64,000 nucleotides of DNA from contig CAXXIN010000013.1 of the NCBI GenBank assembly GCA_963665275.2, positions 1-64,000 on the forward strand, read 5' to 3'. Of the stretch, positions 41,259 through 51,287 are shown in pieces; the stretch's first letter is position 1; each line of letters begins with the position of its first letter. A program made the position numbers and the translations under genes. The stretch is from Negativicutes bacterium (GTDB lineage: Bacteria; Bacillota; Negativicutes; UBA1444). Below the pieces are notes generated by a model. That model was not told the DNA's origin, made no database searches, and saw only the letters and a program-made list of their open reading frames with translations.

Positions 41259-42075
41259 CCGTTTTCCCTCCCAGCCGGTATTGTATGCGAACAGCCAATT
41301 CCTCCACGGAACGAACCGCACCTATAACTTGGGCAAGTTTGGCGGCGATAGCCGCCGCATCAGGAACCCGCAGGCCCCAGGTTCCCACATCGTGCGCAGG
41401 ATCAGCGAACAAATCCACCGTTGGTCCATCATAGACCTTCTCTCCCTGATGCAGAACCACGGTGCGCCGGGTATGCTCCAGCAACATTTCCATGTCATGT
41501 GTTACAAGGATCACACCGATTCCCTGCTGATTCAGTTTCCCCAGCAGCTCCATCAGTTGCATTTTTTCATTGGCATCCTGTCCGCTGGTAGGCTCATCAA
41601 GAATCAAGAGTCTTGGTTTCAGCGCCAATGCCGAGGCAATAGCGATCCTCTGACGGAAGCTGCGGGCCAAAGCGCGCGGATAGGCATCAGCAACCTCTGT
41701 CAATCCGGTCATGGCCAGAGCGTCATCCACCGCCGACTGCCGCTCGGCATCGCTCCAATCCATTTGCTCCGGTCCATACGCAACTTCAGAGGCCACAGTA
41801 TCCCGAAAAATCTGGCGATCCGGGTTCTGGAACACGTAGCCGACGGATCTCGCCATCACCGCAGGCCCACCCTCTTTGGCCGGTTTTCCGTCCAGCATTA
41901 CCTGACCTGCTGCCGGTTTTTCCAACCCCACCATCAGGCGGGTCAACGTTGTTTTTCCACTGCCGTTTCGACCGGCCAATCCTATGAACTCCCCGGCCTC
42001 AATGGACAGGGTAACGTTTTTTACTACCGGCGCGTGGCCGGGATAAGCAAAAGAAATCTGTTGAATTTCAAGCAC
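41233..42075 (-). CDS. ecfA: ECF transporter ATPase
   Basis: GRNGSGKT, FQNPDRQ, LDEPTSGQD; degenerate signature LARS. Confidence 0.9.
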   Translation of the reverse strand: MLEIQQISFAYPGHAPVVKNVTLSIEAGEFIGLAGRNGSGKTTLTRLMVGLEKPAAGQVMLDGKPAKEGGPAVMARSVGYVFQNPDRQIFRDTVASEVAYGPEQMDWSDAERQSAVDDALAMTGLTEVADAYPRALARSFRQRIAIASALALKPRLLILDEPTSGQDANEKMQLMELLGKLNQQGIGVILVTHDMEMLLEHTRRTVVLHQGEKVYDGPTVDLFADPAHDVGTWGLRVPDAAAIAAKLAQVIGAVRSVEELAVRIQYRLGGKTDEDAGASV

Positions 42076-42934
42076 TAAGTGAAAGCCTCCTCATTGGCGG
42101 AAGACTAGCGTTGATTTCTACGGCTGCCTCATCGGCTGAAGTCCAGGACGAAAACTTTCTTGTTTCGGTCTCCAGCGCAGCCTTCAGTCGCCTTAGCGCA
42201 GGAACTGCCGATGCATAAACCTGTTCAGACAACATTCGGGCCAGAACCTCGTCCAGCGTTCCTGTGAGCGCGACCCGCCCCGCTTCCATGACCACCATCC
42301 GGTCTGCATGCGGCAGCGCCTGGGCCAGATCATGATCCGCCACTACCACCGTAATTCCTTTTTCCTTATTCAGTCGGGCCAACAAAGCATACAAGTCTTC
42401 GGAACCCTCCGGATCCAAAGCGGAGGTCGGCTCGTCCAGCACCAAAATCTTCGGCTGCGACGCCAGTACCGACGCCACCGCCAACCGTTGCTTCTGTCCG
42501 CCGGACAACGCGGATAATTCACGTTCCTCGAGTCCAGTCAGTCCGACCGCCGCCAAGGCTTCAGCTACCTGTACACGGATCAGTTCTGCAGGAACCGCCG
42601 TGTTTTCCAAGGCAAACGCCACTTCATCAAATACAGTCAAAGCCACCAATTGACTCTCGTAGTCCTCCATGACAAACCCCACCCCAGCGGCAATATCCGA
42701 CACCGGCCGATCGGTCGTTACCTGCCCGTCCACCCGCACCTGCCCCGACATGCTGCCCCCGAAAAAATGCGGCACCAGCCCGGTCATCGCCATGCACAGC
42801 GTCGTTTTTCCGCTGCCGTTGGCGCCCGCCAGAATCGTGAACGACCCGACAGGGATCGACAAAGTCACCTGATCCAGTCCGGTTCCCGTCTTGGGATAAT
42901 GATAAGAAAAATCTTCAAACTGGACTGCATCCAT
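42068..42934 (-). CDS. ecfA: ECF transporter ATPase
   Basis: GANGSGKT, LSGGQKQR, LDEPTSALD. Confidence 0.9.
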   Translation of the reverse strand: MDAVQFEDFSYHYPKTGTGLDQVTLSIPVGSFTILAGANGSGKTTLCMAMTGLVPHFFGGSMSGQVRVDGQVTTDRPVSDIAAGVGFVMEDYESQLVALTVFDEVAFALENTAVPAELIRVQVAEALAAVGLTGLEERELSALSGGQKQRLAVASVLASQPKILVLDEPTSALDPEGSEDLYALLARLNKEKGITVVVADHDLAQALPHADRMVVMEAGRVALTGTLDEVLARMLSEQVYASAVPALRRLKAALETETRKFSSWTSADEAAVEINASLPPMRRLSLSA

Positions 42935-43494
42935 TATTTATCCTCCATCCCCAGCAATTTACGGGCCGGATAGTACAACAACTGGGCAATGACCGTATTG
43001 GCGATGGCTGTGAATACAACCACCGGCAACATCCCGTAAATATAAATCTGAGTCGGCACGTTCATCAGAACTTTAAAGGTGGTGATAAAAGTTAATCCAC
43101 TGGCCACTGTGGTGAGAAAAGTAATCACAGCCGGGCGAATGCTGACGGCTTTAATTTTCAGTTCAAACGGCAACGACATCAAGAGCACGCAGGCCAAAGC
43201 GCCGATCGGCTCCGACAGCAGGTTGATATGAGGCATCGGTGACTTGGAAGTGATCGTGTTGATGGCTCCGGCCACGATCCCGATGGCTACCGCTTTGGGC
43301 ACACTGGGATGAATCACGAGAATCGTAATGCAATACATGGTAATGATCCAGTTGATGCTGACTCCGGCAAAACTGGGACTGACCAACCGCATAATCGCCC
43401 CAATGGCGAGCAGCAAAGCAGACACAGCCACCCAACGGAATTTGCCCCCTTGCGACGCTACTTGTTTCATTTCTACCGGTTTGTTGTTTTCCAT
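42934..43494 (-). CDS. trpP: ECF S component, TrpP-like tryptophan transporter
   Basis: About 186 aa membrane protein (ALLLAIGAI..., NLLSEPIGA); first gene after a Trp T-box. Confidence 0.75.
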   Translation of the reverse strand: MENNKPVEMKQVASQGGKFRWVAVSALLLAIGAIMRLVSPSFAGVSINWIITMYCITILVIHPSVPKAVAIGIVAGAINTITSKSPMPHINLLSEPIGALACVLLMSLPFELKIKAVSIRPAVITFLTTVASGLTFITTFKVLMNVPTQIYIYGMLPVVVFTAIANTVIAQLLYYPARKLLGMEDK

Positions 43495-43524
43495 CGTTGA
43501 CTCCTCCTTCTGCAATTTAAAAAT

Positions 43525-43805
43525 ATAAAACCCCTCGCCTCTACTAAATGTAGGGACGAGGGGTTAACCCGCGGTACCACCCTGCTTGGCTCTTGTCGAG
43601 CCCGACTTGGTCAAAGTACGGGACAATTCTGTCCGATACCCGCTTCCCATGTTAACGGAGGAAGTTTGCCGGCAGCGCCTACCCCGCTATTAGCGGATCG
43701 GACTGCATCTCTCAGGCCCATTCGTCGTGTTGAGTCACGCTGGTCTTCCACTGACACCAGCTCGCTGAGGCTCTCTCGCACGAGTACTCTTCCTGATCAT
43801 TGACG
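43525..43805 (-). promoter_or_regulatory. T-box riboswitch with Trp (UGG) specifier
   Basis: AGAGTA and CAGCGAG stem I motifs, GAA-TGG specifier (43720-43718), AGGGTGGTACCGCG T-box (43583-43570), terminator CCCCTCG...CGAGGGG-TTTT. Confidence 0.93.
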
Positions 43806-43873
43806 TTAAAAATGTTTTATTGAATGTAGTGTAACAGCCGCCGGATTTCTTGTCAAGCACAATTGTCGAAATT

Positions 43874-46411
43874 TCATCGTTGCCACAGGATCTGCGATGA
43901 CTCAAGCGGCACTGCTGCTTCAGGGTGGTACGGAATAATCCGCGCTGTGTAATCGGATGCCGGTCGGGCATCAGAAACCGCCGCACCATAAACGAAAGCG
44001 CCGATTGTCCCCGTCAGTTTCCGAAGTCGCTGCATTTCCACCGCGACGGGTACGCCGCTATCGACTCCCTGAGCATAAAGTTCCACGCGGACCGCAGCCG
44101 GGTCGAGTACGTTCAGGTATAGCTGGATCTCGAATATATGGCTGCCCGAATCGTGCATCACGCTCATTTCACCAAAATGCAACGCATGCCAATTTTCTTT
44201 TATGGCGGACAGCCAGTTGGCAATACCCGCGCCGCCTTGCGCAACTCGTTTGTGGTATGCAGAAGCCGCGGGGAGGTAGCGCTGTTCGGTATATTCCCGC
44301 ACGGTCCTATTGGCGGAAAATTGAGGCGTCAGCCGGGCCATGCTTTCCCGAATCTTTGCCAGCCAGGCGATTGGCATGCCGTTCTTGTCGCGGGTATAAA
44401 ATGCAGGAACGACCTCGTTCTCAAGCAAATTATAAAGTTCTTCGGCTTCAATCGCATCCCATGCCGGCGTGTCATCATGTTCCCGCCCGTCTCCCAGCGC
44501 CCACCCCACTTCCGGAGCGTAGGCTTCCGCCCACCATCCGTCTAGTTCCGACAAATTGAGCCCGCCATTAACCAGCACCTTCATCCCGCTGGTACCGCTG
44601 GCTTCCCATGGTCGCCGCGGCGTATTCAGCCAGACATCCACTCCCTGCACCAATTGTTCCGTCAACAGCATGTCATAATCACTCAAGAACATTACATGGG
44701 AACGGGCCTCGGGTCGCCGGACAAACTGGACCCATTCCCGCAACAGGGCCTGCCCCGCTTGATCCGCAGGGTGCGCCTTGCCTGCCAGAATCAGCTGGAC
44801 GGGACGCTGCGGATCAGTTAGCAGACGCAGCAGCCTTTCCGGGTCATGCAGCAACAAGTTTGGTCTCTTGTAGGTGGCGAACCGTCGCGCAAAGCCCAGC
44901 GTCAAAACGTCAGGGTCAAACAGCAGTCTCGTCCTGGCGCATTCTTCAAGAGGTTCACCCGTCACGGCCCATTGGCGGGCCAACCTTTCACGGGCAAAAT
45001 TGATGAGAGTTTTACGGGCTTCTGTACGCAATTGCCACAACTGGGCATCAGTGACACCGTGCATATCCTGTTCCAATGTTTCGATCGTCCCCAGCCAGCG
45101 GTCCTTGCCGCAGGCCCCGGTCCAAAAATCATCGGCCAGTTTCGAGTCCCAGCTCGGGGTATGAACTCCGTTGGTAACATACCCGACAGGCACTTCCGCT
45201 TCCGGCCAGCGCGGGAATAGCGGAGCAAAGATGTGACGGCTCACTTCACCATGCAAACGACTGACCCCATTAACCGCCCCGCTCCCACGGATTGCCAGAT
45301 AGGCCGTGTTGAAACTTTCCGAAGGGTCGTTCGGGTTTTGTTGCCCCAGAGCCAACAACTCAGGCAGAGTGATTCCGAGCTCTCGTTCGGCATACCCGCC
45401 AAGGTATTTTTGAATGAGAATGGGGTCAAAACGATCAAACCCTGCAGCCACCGCGGTATGGGTTGTAAAGATATTGCCCGCCCGTGTAATTGCCAGCGCC
45501 GTTTCAAAAGGCAGTCCTGATCCTTGCATGAAACTTCCGGCACGTTCCAACACGGCAAAAGCGGCATGCCCTTCGTTCAGGTGGCACACTTCCGGTTGGA
45601 TGCCCAGCACAGCAAGCAGCCGCCAGCCGCCGATTCCTAGAATCAGTTCCTGCGTGAGGCGCAGTTCCTGGCCGCCGCCATAGAGTTCACTGGTAATCCC
45701 GCGATGAGCCGGGAAATTCGCCGCATCATTACTGTCCAACAGAAACAGCTTTACTCGGCCGACCTGGGCCTGCCAAGCTCGCAGCCACACAGAATAGCCC
45801 GGCAAGGAAATTTCCAGCCGCAGCCACTCGCCGTTCGATTGGCGCAAGGGCGTGATCGGCAGTTGGCCGGGGTCGTTATAAGGGAAGAGCGCTTGCTGCG
45901 CTCCCTCCTTGTCAATCACTTGGCGAAAATAGCCTTGTTGGTACAGCAGCCCGACGCCGACTACCGGCACACCCAAATCACTGGCGGCTTTAAGTTGATC
46001 CCCTGCCACATTGCCGAGTCCGCCGGAGTAAATCGGCAGCGCCTCGCTCAACATGAATTCCATGCTGAAATAAGCAACGCCGCTCAAGGGGGACTGCGAA
46101 TGATTTTGTTGAAACCAAGTCATTGATTCGGCTACAGTTCGTTTGACCTTCACCAGCTTGTCCACTGTTTTCCTGAACGCGGCATCGGCCATCAGGCGCT
46201 CGATTTGGTCCCGCGAGACGGTTTGCAGGACAACCCAGGGGTTATGCGTGAGATCCCACAACTTGGGATCGAGTTGCCGCCAAACTTCGTCAGTTGCGTG
46301 ATTCCATGTCCAGCGCAGATCGAGCGCCAGTTCTGCCAGCAAATCGAAGCCCTCAACTTCCGTAGGAAGCAGACTGTGCAATGGGTGAATGAAACGCAGT
46401 GGTTTACTCAT
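43874..46411 (-). CDS. glgP: Alpha-glucan phosphorylase
   Basis: YFSMEF, YSGGLG, HLNEGH, ARRFATYKR, EASGTSGMK. Confidence 0.95.
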   Translation of the reverse strand: MSKPLRFIHPLHSLLPTEVEGFDLLAELALDLRWTWNHATDEVWRQLDPKLWDLTHNPWVVLQTVSRDQIERLMADAAFRKTVDKLVKVKRTVAESMTWFQQNHSQSPLSGVAYFSMEFMLSEALPIYSGGLGNVAGDQLKAASDLGVPVVGVGLLYQQGYFRQVIDKEGAQQALFPYNDPGQLPITPLRQSNGEWLRLEISLPGYSVWLRAWQAQVGRVKLFLLDSNDAANFPAHRGITSELYGGGQELRLTQELILGIGGWRLLAVLGIQPEVCHLNEGHAAFAVLERAGSFMQGSGLPFETALAITRAGNIFTTHTAVAAGFDRFDPILIQKYLGGYAERELGITLPELLALGQQNPNDPSESFNTAYLAIRGSGAVNGVSRLHGEVSRHIFAPLFPRWPEAEVPVGYVTNGVHTPSWDSKLADDFWTGACGKDRWLGTIETLEQDMHGVTDAQLWQLRTEARKTLINFARERLARQWAVTGEPLEECARTRLLFDPDVLTLGFARRFATYKRPNLLLHDPERLLRLLTDPQRPVQLILAGKAHPADQAGQALLREWVQFVRRPEARSHVMFLSDYDMLLTEQLVQGVDVWLNTPRRPWEASGTSGMKVLVNGGLNLSELDGWWAEAYAPEVGWALGDGREHDDTPAWDAIEAEELYNLLENEVVPAFYTRDKNGMPIAWLAKIRESMARLTPQFSANRTVREYTEQRYLPAASAYHKRVAQGGAGIANWLSAIKENWHALHFGEMSVMHDSGSHIFEIQLYLNVLDPAAVRVELYAQGVDSGVPVAVEMQRLRKLTGTIGAFVYGAAVSDARPASDYTARIIPYHPEAAVPLESSQILWQR

Positions 46412-46753
46412 GCTATTCCCTCCCAAAGCGACTCTGCACCAAAATGGAAAATGTAATCTTCCATACAATGCCGTGCCGTTAATGCGCATGCTATTGGTTG
46501 TCACTAGTTACTTTCTGATTTTCTTCAATAAATCCTGCCGTCTTATCCGTATTCCTCCTCGCCACTTTGAGGGTTAGATTCTGCATGCCGACCCTATTGG
46601 ACTTCAGCCCGTCAGCTACTTCTGGCCACAACGTCGGTACTCGGCAACCTTCCCAGTCAAAATTCCACTTCCTCGTAAGAGGAGGCGTGGCAAACCACGT
46701 CGAAACAAATATACATATCACATCATCTTATTTTGTTCAGGGAGGTCCCCCGA

Positions 46754-49237
46754 ATGAATTTTAATCTCGTCTCCGGTTCCGACAATGCCGAGCTTCAGAC
46801 CCGAATCTTATGGAATGGGCTATCCGAGTCGCTGCCGTATGTCCTTTTGGATGACCTGCCCCATCTGATATGGGTCAAGGACCCGCAGGGACGTTATGTT
46901 TACATCAACGCCGCTTATCGCCGCTTTCACGGCCTCTGCGATTTCAATGAACGGATCGGTTTAACCGATGCGGATATCTATCCGGAATCAGCCGCGTCAA
47001 GATATCGACAGGAAGATCTCCAAGTTTTCACAACCCGCCTGCCCCTCAACATCGAGGACCGGCACGTGCAAGAAAGCCCCCATTCCCCAGCTATATATGA
47101 TACCAGCAAGCGCCCCATTTTTTCGCCGGATGGCAGTGTCGTAGGCGTTTACGGAATATCGCGAGATATCACCGCCAGCAGAGCGCAAGACGAACAAACC
47201 GCCCACCAGAACAGGCTGCTGGCCGCGTTGCACGAAGTTTCATTAGAACTAATGCAGCAGCACGATTTGCAGGTTTTGCTGCCGATCATTCTGCAGCGCT
47301 CGGCGGAAGTCGTTGGCGCTCCAGTCGCCCTTATGCATTTCTTTGACCCAGAGAGCGATTCCCTGAAGATACTACACGCCTGGGGAGCCGAAGTCGCGGC
47401 TTCGTCGAGTTATCATGTCAAAAAAGGCCAAGCTTTGGCAGGTCGGGTCTGGCAACTCGAAAGCGTCGTCGTGTTGGAAGACTATCAAACCTGGGAACAC
47501 CAACATCCCACTCCGTACCTGCAAAATGTCCGGGCGGCGGTCGGGGTTCCCATTCGTTCCAACAATCAAATCGCCGGTGTTGTCACCCTCATTCACACCG
47601 ATCCGAAGCAACGTTTTTCGTCTCTGGACGTGGCCACGCTCGAACAATTCAGCGCGCTGGCTTCAGTCGCCCTCGAAAATGCCAGACTGTTCGAGGACGC
47701 TTCCGCCGAACTTCGCCAGCGGCGGGCGAGCGACGAACGCTATCGCGCACTCGTCCAGCAGTCTTCGGAGGCGATTCTGCTGATTGACCCCCCCACTCGC
47801 AATCTGTTGCAGGCCAACGAACGTTTTCTGGTGCTCACCGGTTATTCGGCAAGCGAGATCCTGTCGCTCACCCTCTACGACGTCATCGCCGACCAAAAAC
47901 GCTGGATTGACCACAACATCGATGTCGTCCTGCCCCGCGACCGCAAACTCCCACCGCAGACGTTAAGCTTCCTTTGCAAGGATGGCTCGACTTTCGACCT
48001 GGAACGAAGCGCCTGCCTAGTCTCCATCGAAGACCGTGATGCAATAATGATGGTAGGTCGAGATATTTCCGATCGTCGCCATAACCGTCTCGCCGAGTTC
48101 CTGCACGAAACAACTATCGACATTCTCAGACACCGGGACCAGGATAAAATCCTTGAGGTTTTAGTTGGAAAAGCAGTGAGTCTCGCCGGAGCTCCCGCCG
48201 GCTATTGTCTGCTCCTAGATGAATACGCCGGCGAAATGCGCATTGCTACCGCCGTCGGCTTCGATGCCGGTTTTCTCTCGACCGGAATAAAAAAAGGCGA
48301 GGGGCTGTCCGGTTATGTATGGCGATCAGGTGAAGCTCTAGCCGTCGACGATTATAAACACTGGGATGGACGCCTGACCGCGTCCCGCTTCAATCGGGTT
48401 TTCTCCGCAGCAGCTTTTCCACTCAAAAATTCATCTGCTGAAGTAATCGGGGTGCTGGCCGTCATTCACTTTGATCCCGCCAAACGGATTCACAAAGACG
48501 ATTTTACTTGTCTGGACGAAGTCGCCCGCCTGACTTCCCTGGCTCTCGACAGCGCCCGCCTATACAATACAGCGCGTGTGGAAATCGCCACCCGGGCAGA
48601 AATCGAAATGCAACTACGCGGCGCTTATGAAAAATTGGACAGCACTTATGACACCACACTGGAAGGTTGGGCCCGAGCGCTGGATTTGCGTGACTGCGAA
48701 ACTGAGGGGCATAGCCGCCGAGTGGCCTCGGTAGCTGTAGCGATGGCCCGGGTCATGGAATTGCCGGAAGATCAGCTTATTCATATTTGGCGAGGCGCTC
48801 TGCTCCACGACATTGGCAAGCTCGGAGTGCCCGATTCCATCCTGCTGAAACCGGCTTCGCTCACTGAAGAAGAATGGCAAATCATGCGTCTGCACCCTGT
48901 TTATGGCTACGACTGGTTACTCCCCATCGAATACCTGCAGCCTGCGCTCGCGATTCCCCGTAGTCATCACGAGCGTTGGGACGGCGCCGGCTATCCTGAC
49001 CGGCTGCGTGGGGAAGAGATTCCTTTGCAGGCCCGTATTTTCGCCCCGATCGATGTGTGGGACGCCTTGTCCTCCAATCGTCCGTACCGCCGCAGCTGGC
49101 CGGCCGACAAGATCCGCGAACATATCCGAGCCCTCGCCGGATCCCATTTTGATCCGGCAGTCGTGGAAGTCTTTCTCTCCCTTCCGCCTTCAGCGCTGGT
49201 CCTTCAGGAGAAATCCCCTTACAAAACTCCCTTCTGA
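46754..49237 (+). CDS. PAS-GAF-PAS-GAF-HD-GYP phosphodiesterase
   Basis: PAS (KDPQGRY...SRDIT), two GAFs, LLHDIGK, HHERWDGAGYP. Confidence 0.92.
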   Translation: MNFNLVSGSDNAELQTRILWNGLSESLPYVLLDDLPHLIWVKDPQGRYVYINAAYRRFHGLCDFNERIGLTDADIYPESAASRYRQEDLQVFTTRLPLNIEDRHVQESPHSPAIYDTSKRPIFSPDGSVVGVYGISRDITASRAQDEQTAHQNRLLAALHEVSLELMQQHDLQVLLPIILQRSAEVVGAPVALMHFFDPESDSLKILHAWGAEVAASSSYHVKKGQALAGRVWQLESVVVLEDYQTWEHQHPTPYLQNVRAAVGVPIRSNNQIAGVVTLIHTDPKQRFSSLDVATLEQFSALASVALENARLFEDASAELRQRRASDERYRALVQQSSEAILLIDPPTRNLLQANERFLVLTGYSASEILSLTLYDVIADQKRWIDHNIDVVLPRDRKLPPQTLSFLCKDGSTFDLERSACLVSIEDRDAIMMVGRDISDRRHNRLAEFLHETTIDILRHRDQDKILEVLVGKAVSLAGAPAGYCLLLDEYAGEMRIATAVGFDAGFLSTGIKKGEGLSGYVWRSGEALAVDDYKHWDGRLTASRFNRVFSAAAFPLKNSSAEVIGVLAVIHFDPAKRIHKDDFTCLDEVARLTSLALDSARLYNTARVEIATRAEIEMQLRGAYEKLDSTYDTTLEGWARALDLRDCETEGHSRRVASVAVAMARVMELPEDQLIHIWRGALLHDIGKLGVPDSILLKPASLTEEEWQIMRLHPVYGYDWLLPIEYLQPALAIPRSHHERWDGAGYPDRLRGEEIPLQARIFAPIDVWDALSSNRPYRRSWPADKIREHIRALAGSHFDPAVVEVFLSLPPSALVLQEKSPYKTPF

Positions 49238-49247
49238 ATATTCCAAG

Positions 49248-49303
49248 TTAGATAATAAGGGGAGCCCTTCTCAAAATTGAGAAGGGCTCCCCTTATTATC
49301 TAA
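49248..49303. terminator. Perfect 27-bp inverted repeat between convergent genes
   Basis: TTAGATAATAAGGGGAGCCCTTCTCAA-AA-TTGAGAAGGGCTCCCCTTATTATCTAA. Confidence 0.7.
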
Positions 49304-49315
49304 GCATTGTCAGTT

Positions 49316-50113
49316 TTATTTCACCGGCTTGCGGTAAAAGAACGGCATATAGTGTTGGAAACCGATGTCCCGGAAATTCAGGATGGCCTCCGTGCCGCCG
49401 ACGAACAGAACGCCGCCGGGGCGCAGCGCTTCCAGAAAGCGGCGATACAGTTTGTCCTTGGCTTCTTCCGTAAAGTAGATGACGACGTTACGACAGGAAA
49501 TCAAGTCGAATCCGCTGTCATACTTGTCCAGCAGCAGATTGTGATGCTGAAAAACGATCCCATCTTTCACTTCTGGATTCACGCCGTAACGATCCTTGTC
49601 AACCTGCCTAAAATGCTTCGCCAAGCGCGGCGGCGTGACATTTTTCAGTTCGTTGTTTTGGTAAATGCCTTCTTTGGCTTTGGCCAACATCTTCACATCC
49701 AGGTCACTGGCCAGAATCTGGTGCTTCACTCGCGGCGTAACATCCGACAGCATAATGGAAAAAGAATACGGTTCCGCCCCAGTCGAGCACCCTGCGCTCC
49801 ATATTTTGAGGCGCGAGCTTTGCTGCAGCAGATCCGGAATGACCTTCTGTTCCAATTCCACGAATTTTTCCGGCGTCCGAAAAAACTCCGTGACGTTGAT
49901 CGTCAAATAATCGATGAAATAACGATATAGAGCTTCATCTTTATCAATCAGCTGAAAAAACTCCATATACTTGGAAACATTATGGCGGGTCATCAGGTTG
50001 CTGATCCTTCGCTGCATCTGGGCCGGTTTGTAGTGATTCAGGTCGATTTGGGCCTTGGTGTTGAACTTCGTCTTGAATTCTTCCCAGTCACGGTCCATTA
50101 TTTCTGCTGCCAT
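49316..50113 (-). CDS. cheR: Chemotaxis methyltransferase
   Basis: TINVTEFFR, WSAGCSTGAEPYS, CRNVVIYF. Confidence 0.95.
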   Translation of the reverse strand: MAAEIMDRDWEEFKTKFNTKAQIDLNHYKPAQMQRRISNLMTRHNVSKYMEFFQLIDKDEALYRYFIDYLTINVTEFFRTPEKFVELEQKVIPDLLQQSSRLKIWSAGCSTGAEPYSFSIMLSDVTPRVKHQILASDLDVKMLAKAKEGIYQNNELKNVTPPRLAKHFRQVDKDRYGVNPEVKDGIVFQHHNLLLDKYDSGFDLISCRNVVIYFTEEAKDKLYRRFLEALRPGGVLFVGGTEAILNFRDIGFQHYMPFFYRKPVK

Positions 50114-51273
50114 GCCGTCCCTCCATTATCAGCCGACAAGTCACTGACAGACCCGCCAACCCATATTTTAACTGGTCTTGAAGCCATCTCTAACGGATCG
50201 CCGCTCCAGACCACGATATCTGCATCGCGTCCTGGCGCCAGCATCCCTACACGGTCGGAAATCCCCAGAATCTCAGCGGGATCGCGAGTCACGGCCCTGA
50301 GTGCAGCCATCGGCGACAAACCGAATCGAACTGCCAGTCCTGCATAAACTGACAGGAACATATTGGGAACCACCGGATGGTCGCTGATCAGCGCGAACTG
50401 CACACCATGCGCTGCCAATACGGCTGGCGTCCGGTAGCTCTTGTCTTTCAACTCCATTTTCGCCCGGGTGATAAGCTGAGGGCCGATCACAACCTTGGCC
50501 TGGCGCTGCGCCAGTTCGGATGCGATCAGATGCCCTTCGGTGCAATGGTCGAGCACGATGTCGACGTCGAACTCGCGCGCAATTCGCAACGCCGTCATGA
50601 TATCATCCGCCCGGTGAGCATGGGCCCGCAGCGGCATTTCGTGGCGCAGCACCCGCAGCACCGCATCCATGCCGAAATCCGGCGTGAATTCTTTGGTGCC
50701 TTTTTTCTTCAGGTACTCGCGGGCTTTCTGCAGTGTCTCCCGAATCAGGTACGCCGTCGCCATCCGTGTCACCGGCGCTTTCTGTTTGTCGCCGTAAACA
50801 CGTCGCGGATTCTCGCCGAAGGCAATTTTGAGGCCGGCATGCCGTTTGAGGATCATGGACTCCACCGTTGGACGGCGAACCGTCTTTACCACGACGCACT
50901 GTCCACCAACAGCATTGGCGCTGCCGGGAGCTATCATAACCGTGGTCACGCCGCCGGCCAGAGCATCATCAAAAGCGATATCCGTCGGATTGATGGCATC
51001 CAGTGCATCCATAGCGGGAGTCACCGGTCCACTCATTTCATTGCCATCTTCCGCCGACCACTCGGTCGGCTCAGAATAGACCCCGAGATGTGTGTGTGCA
51101 TCGATCAGGCCCGGCATCACCACTTTGCCTGTCGCATCGTAAATCTCGCAGCCCTCGGGAATCGGCAGGTTCTCGCCAACAGCGACGATTTTTCCGCCTT
51201 CCACCAACACGCAGCCCGTCTCCAGAACTGCTCCGTCCATCGTATAAACTTTACCGCCAGTAATCGCCAGCAT
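50098..51273 (-). CDS. Amidohydrolase (metal-dependent)
   Basis: MPGLIDAHTH, KIAFGENP, HAHR, SDHP. Confidence 0.9.
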   Translation of the reverse strand: MLAITGGKVYTMDGAVLETGCVLVEGGKIVAVGENLPIPEGCEIYDATGKVVMPGLIDAHTHLGVYSEPTEWSAEDGNEMSGPVTPAMDALDAINPTDIAFDDALAGGVTTVMIAPGSANAVGGQCVVVKTVRRPTVESMILKRHAGLKIAFGENPRRVYGDKQKAPVTRMATAYLIRETLQKAREYLKKKGTKEFTPDFGMDAVLRVLRHEMPLRAHAHRADDIMTALRIAREFDVDIVLDHCTEGHLIASELAQRQAKVVIGPQLITRAKMELKDKSYRTPAVLAAHGVQFALISDHPVVPNMFLSVYAGLAVRFGLSPMAALRAVTRDPAEILGISDRVGMLAPGRDADIVVWSGDPLEMASRPVKIWVGGSVSDLSADNGGTAWQQK

Positions 51274-51287
51274 CGCGTTCTTCCTTT

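Noticed and set aside
46600-46705. Lysine or c-di-GMP riboswitch
   Set aside because: Only isolated sub-motifs are present; the core consensus is missing
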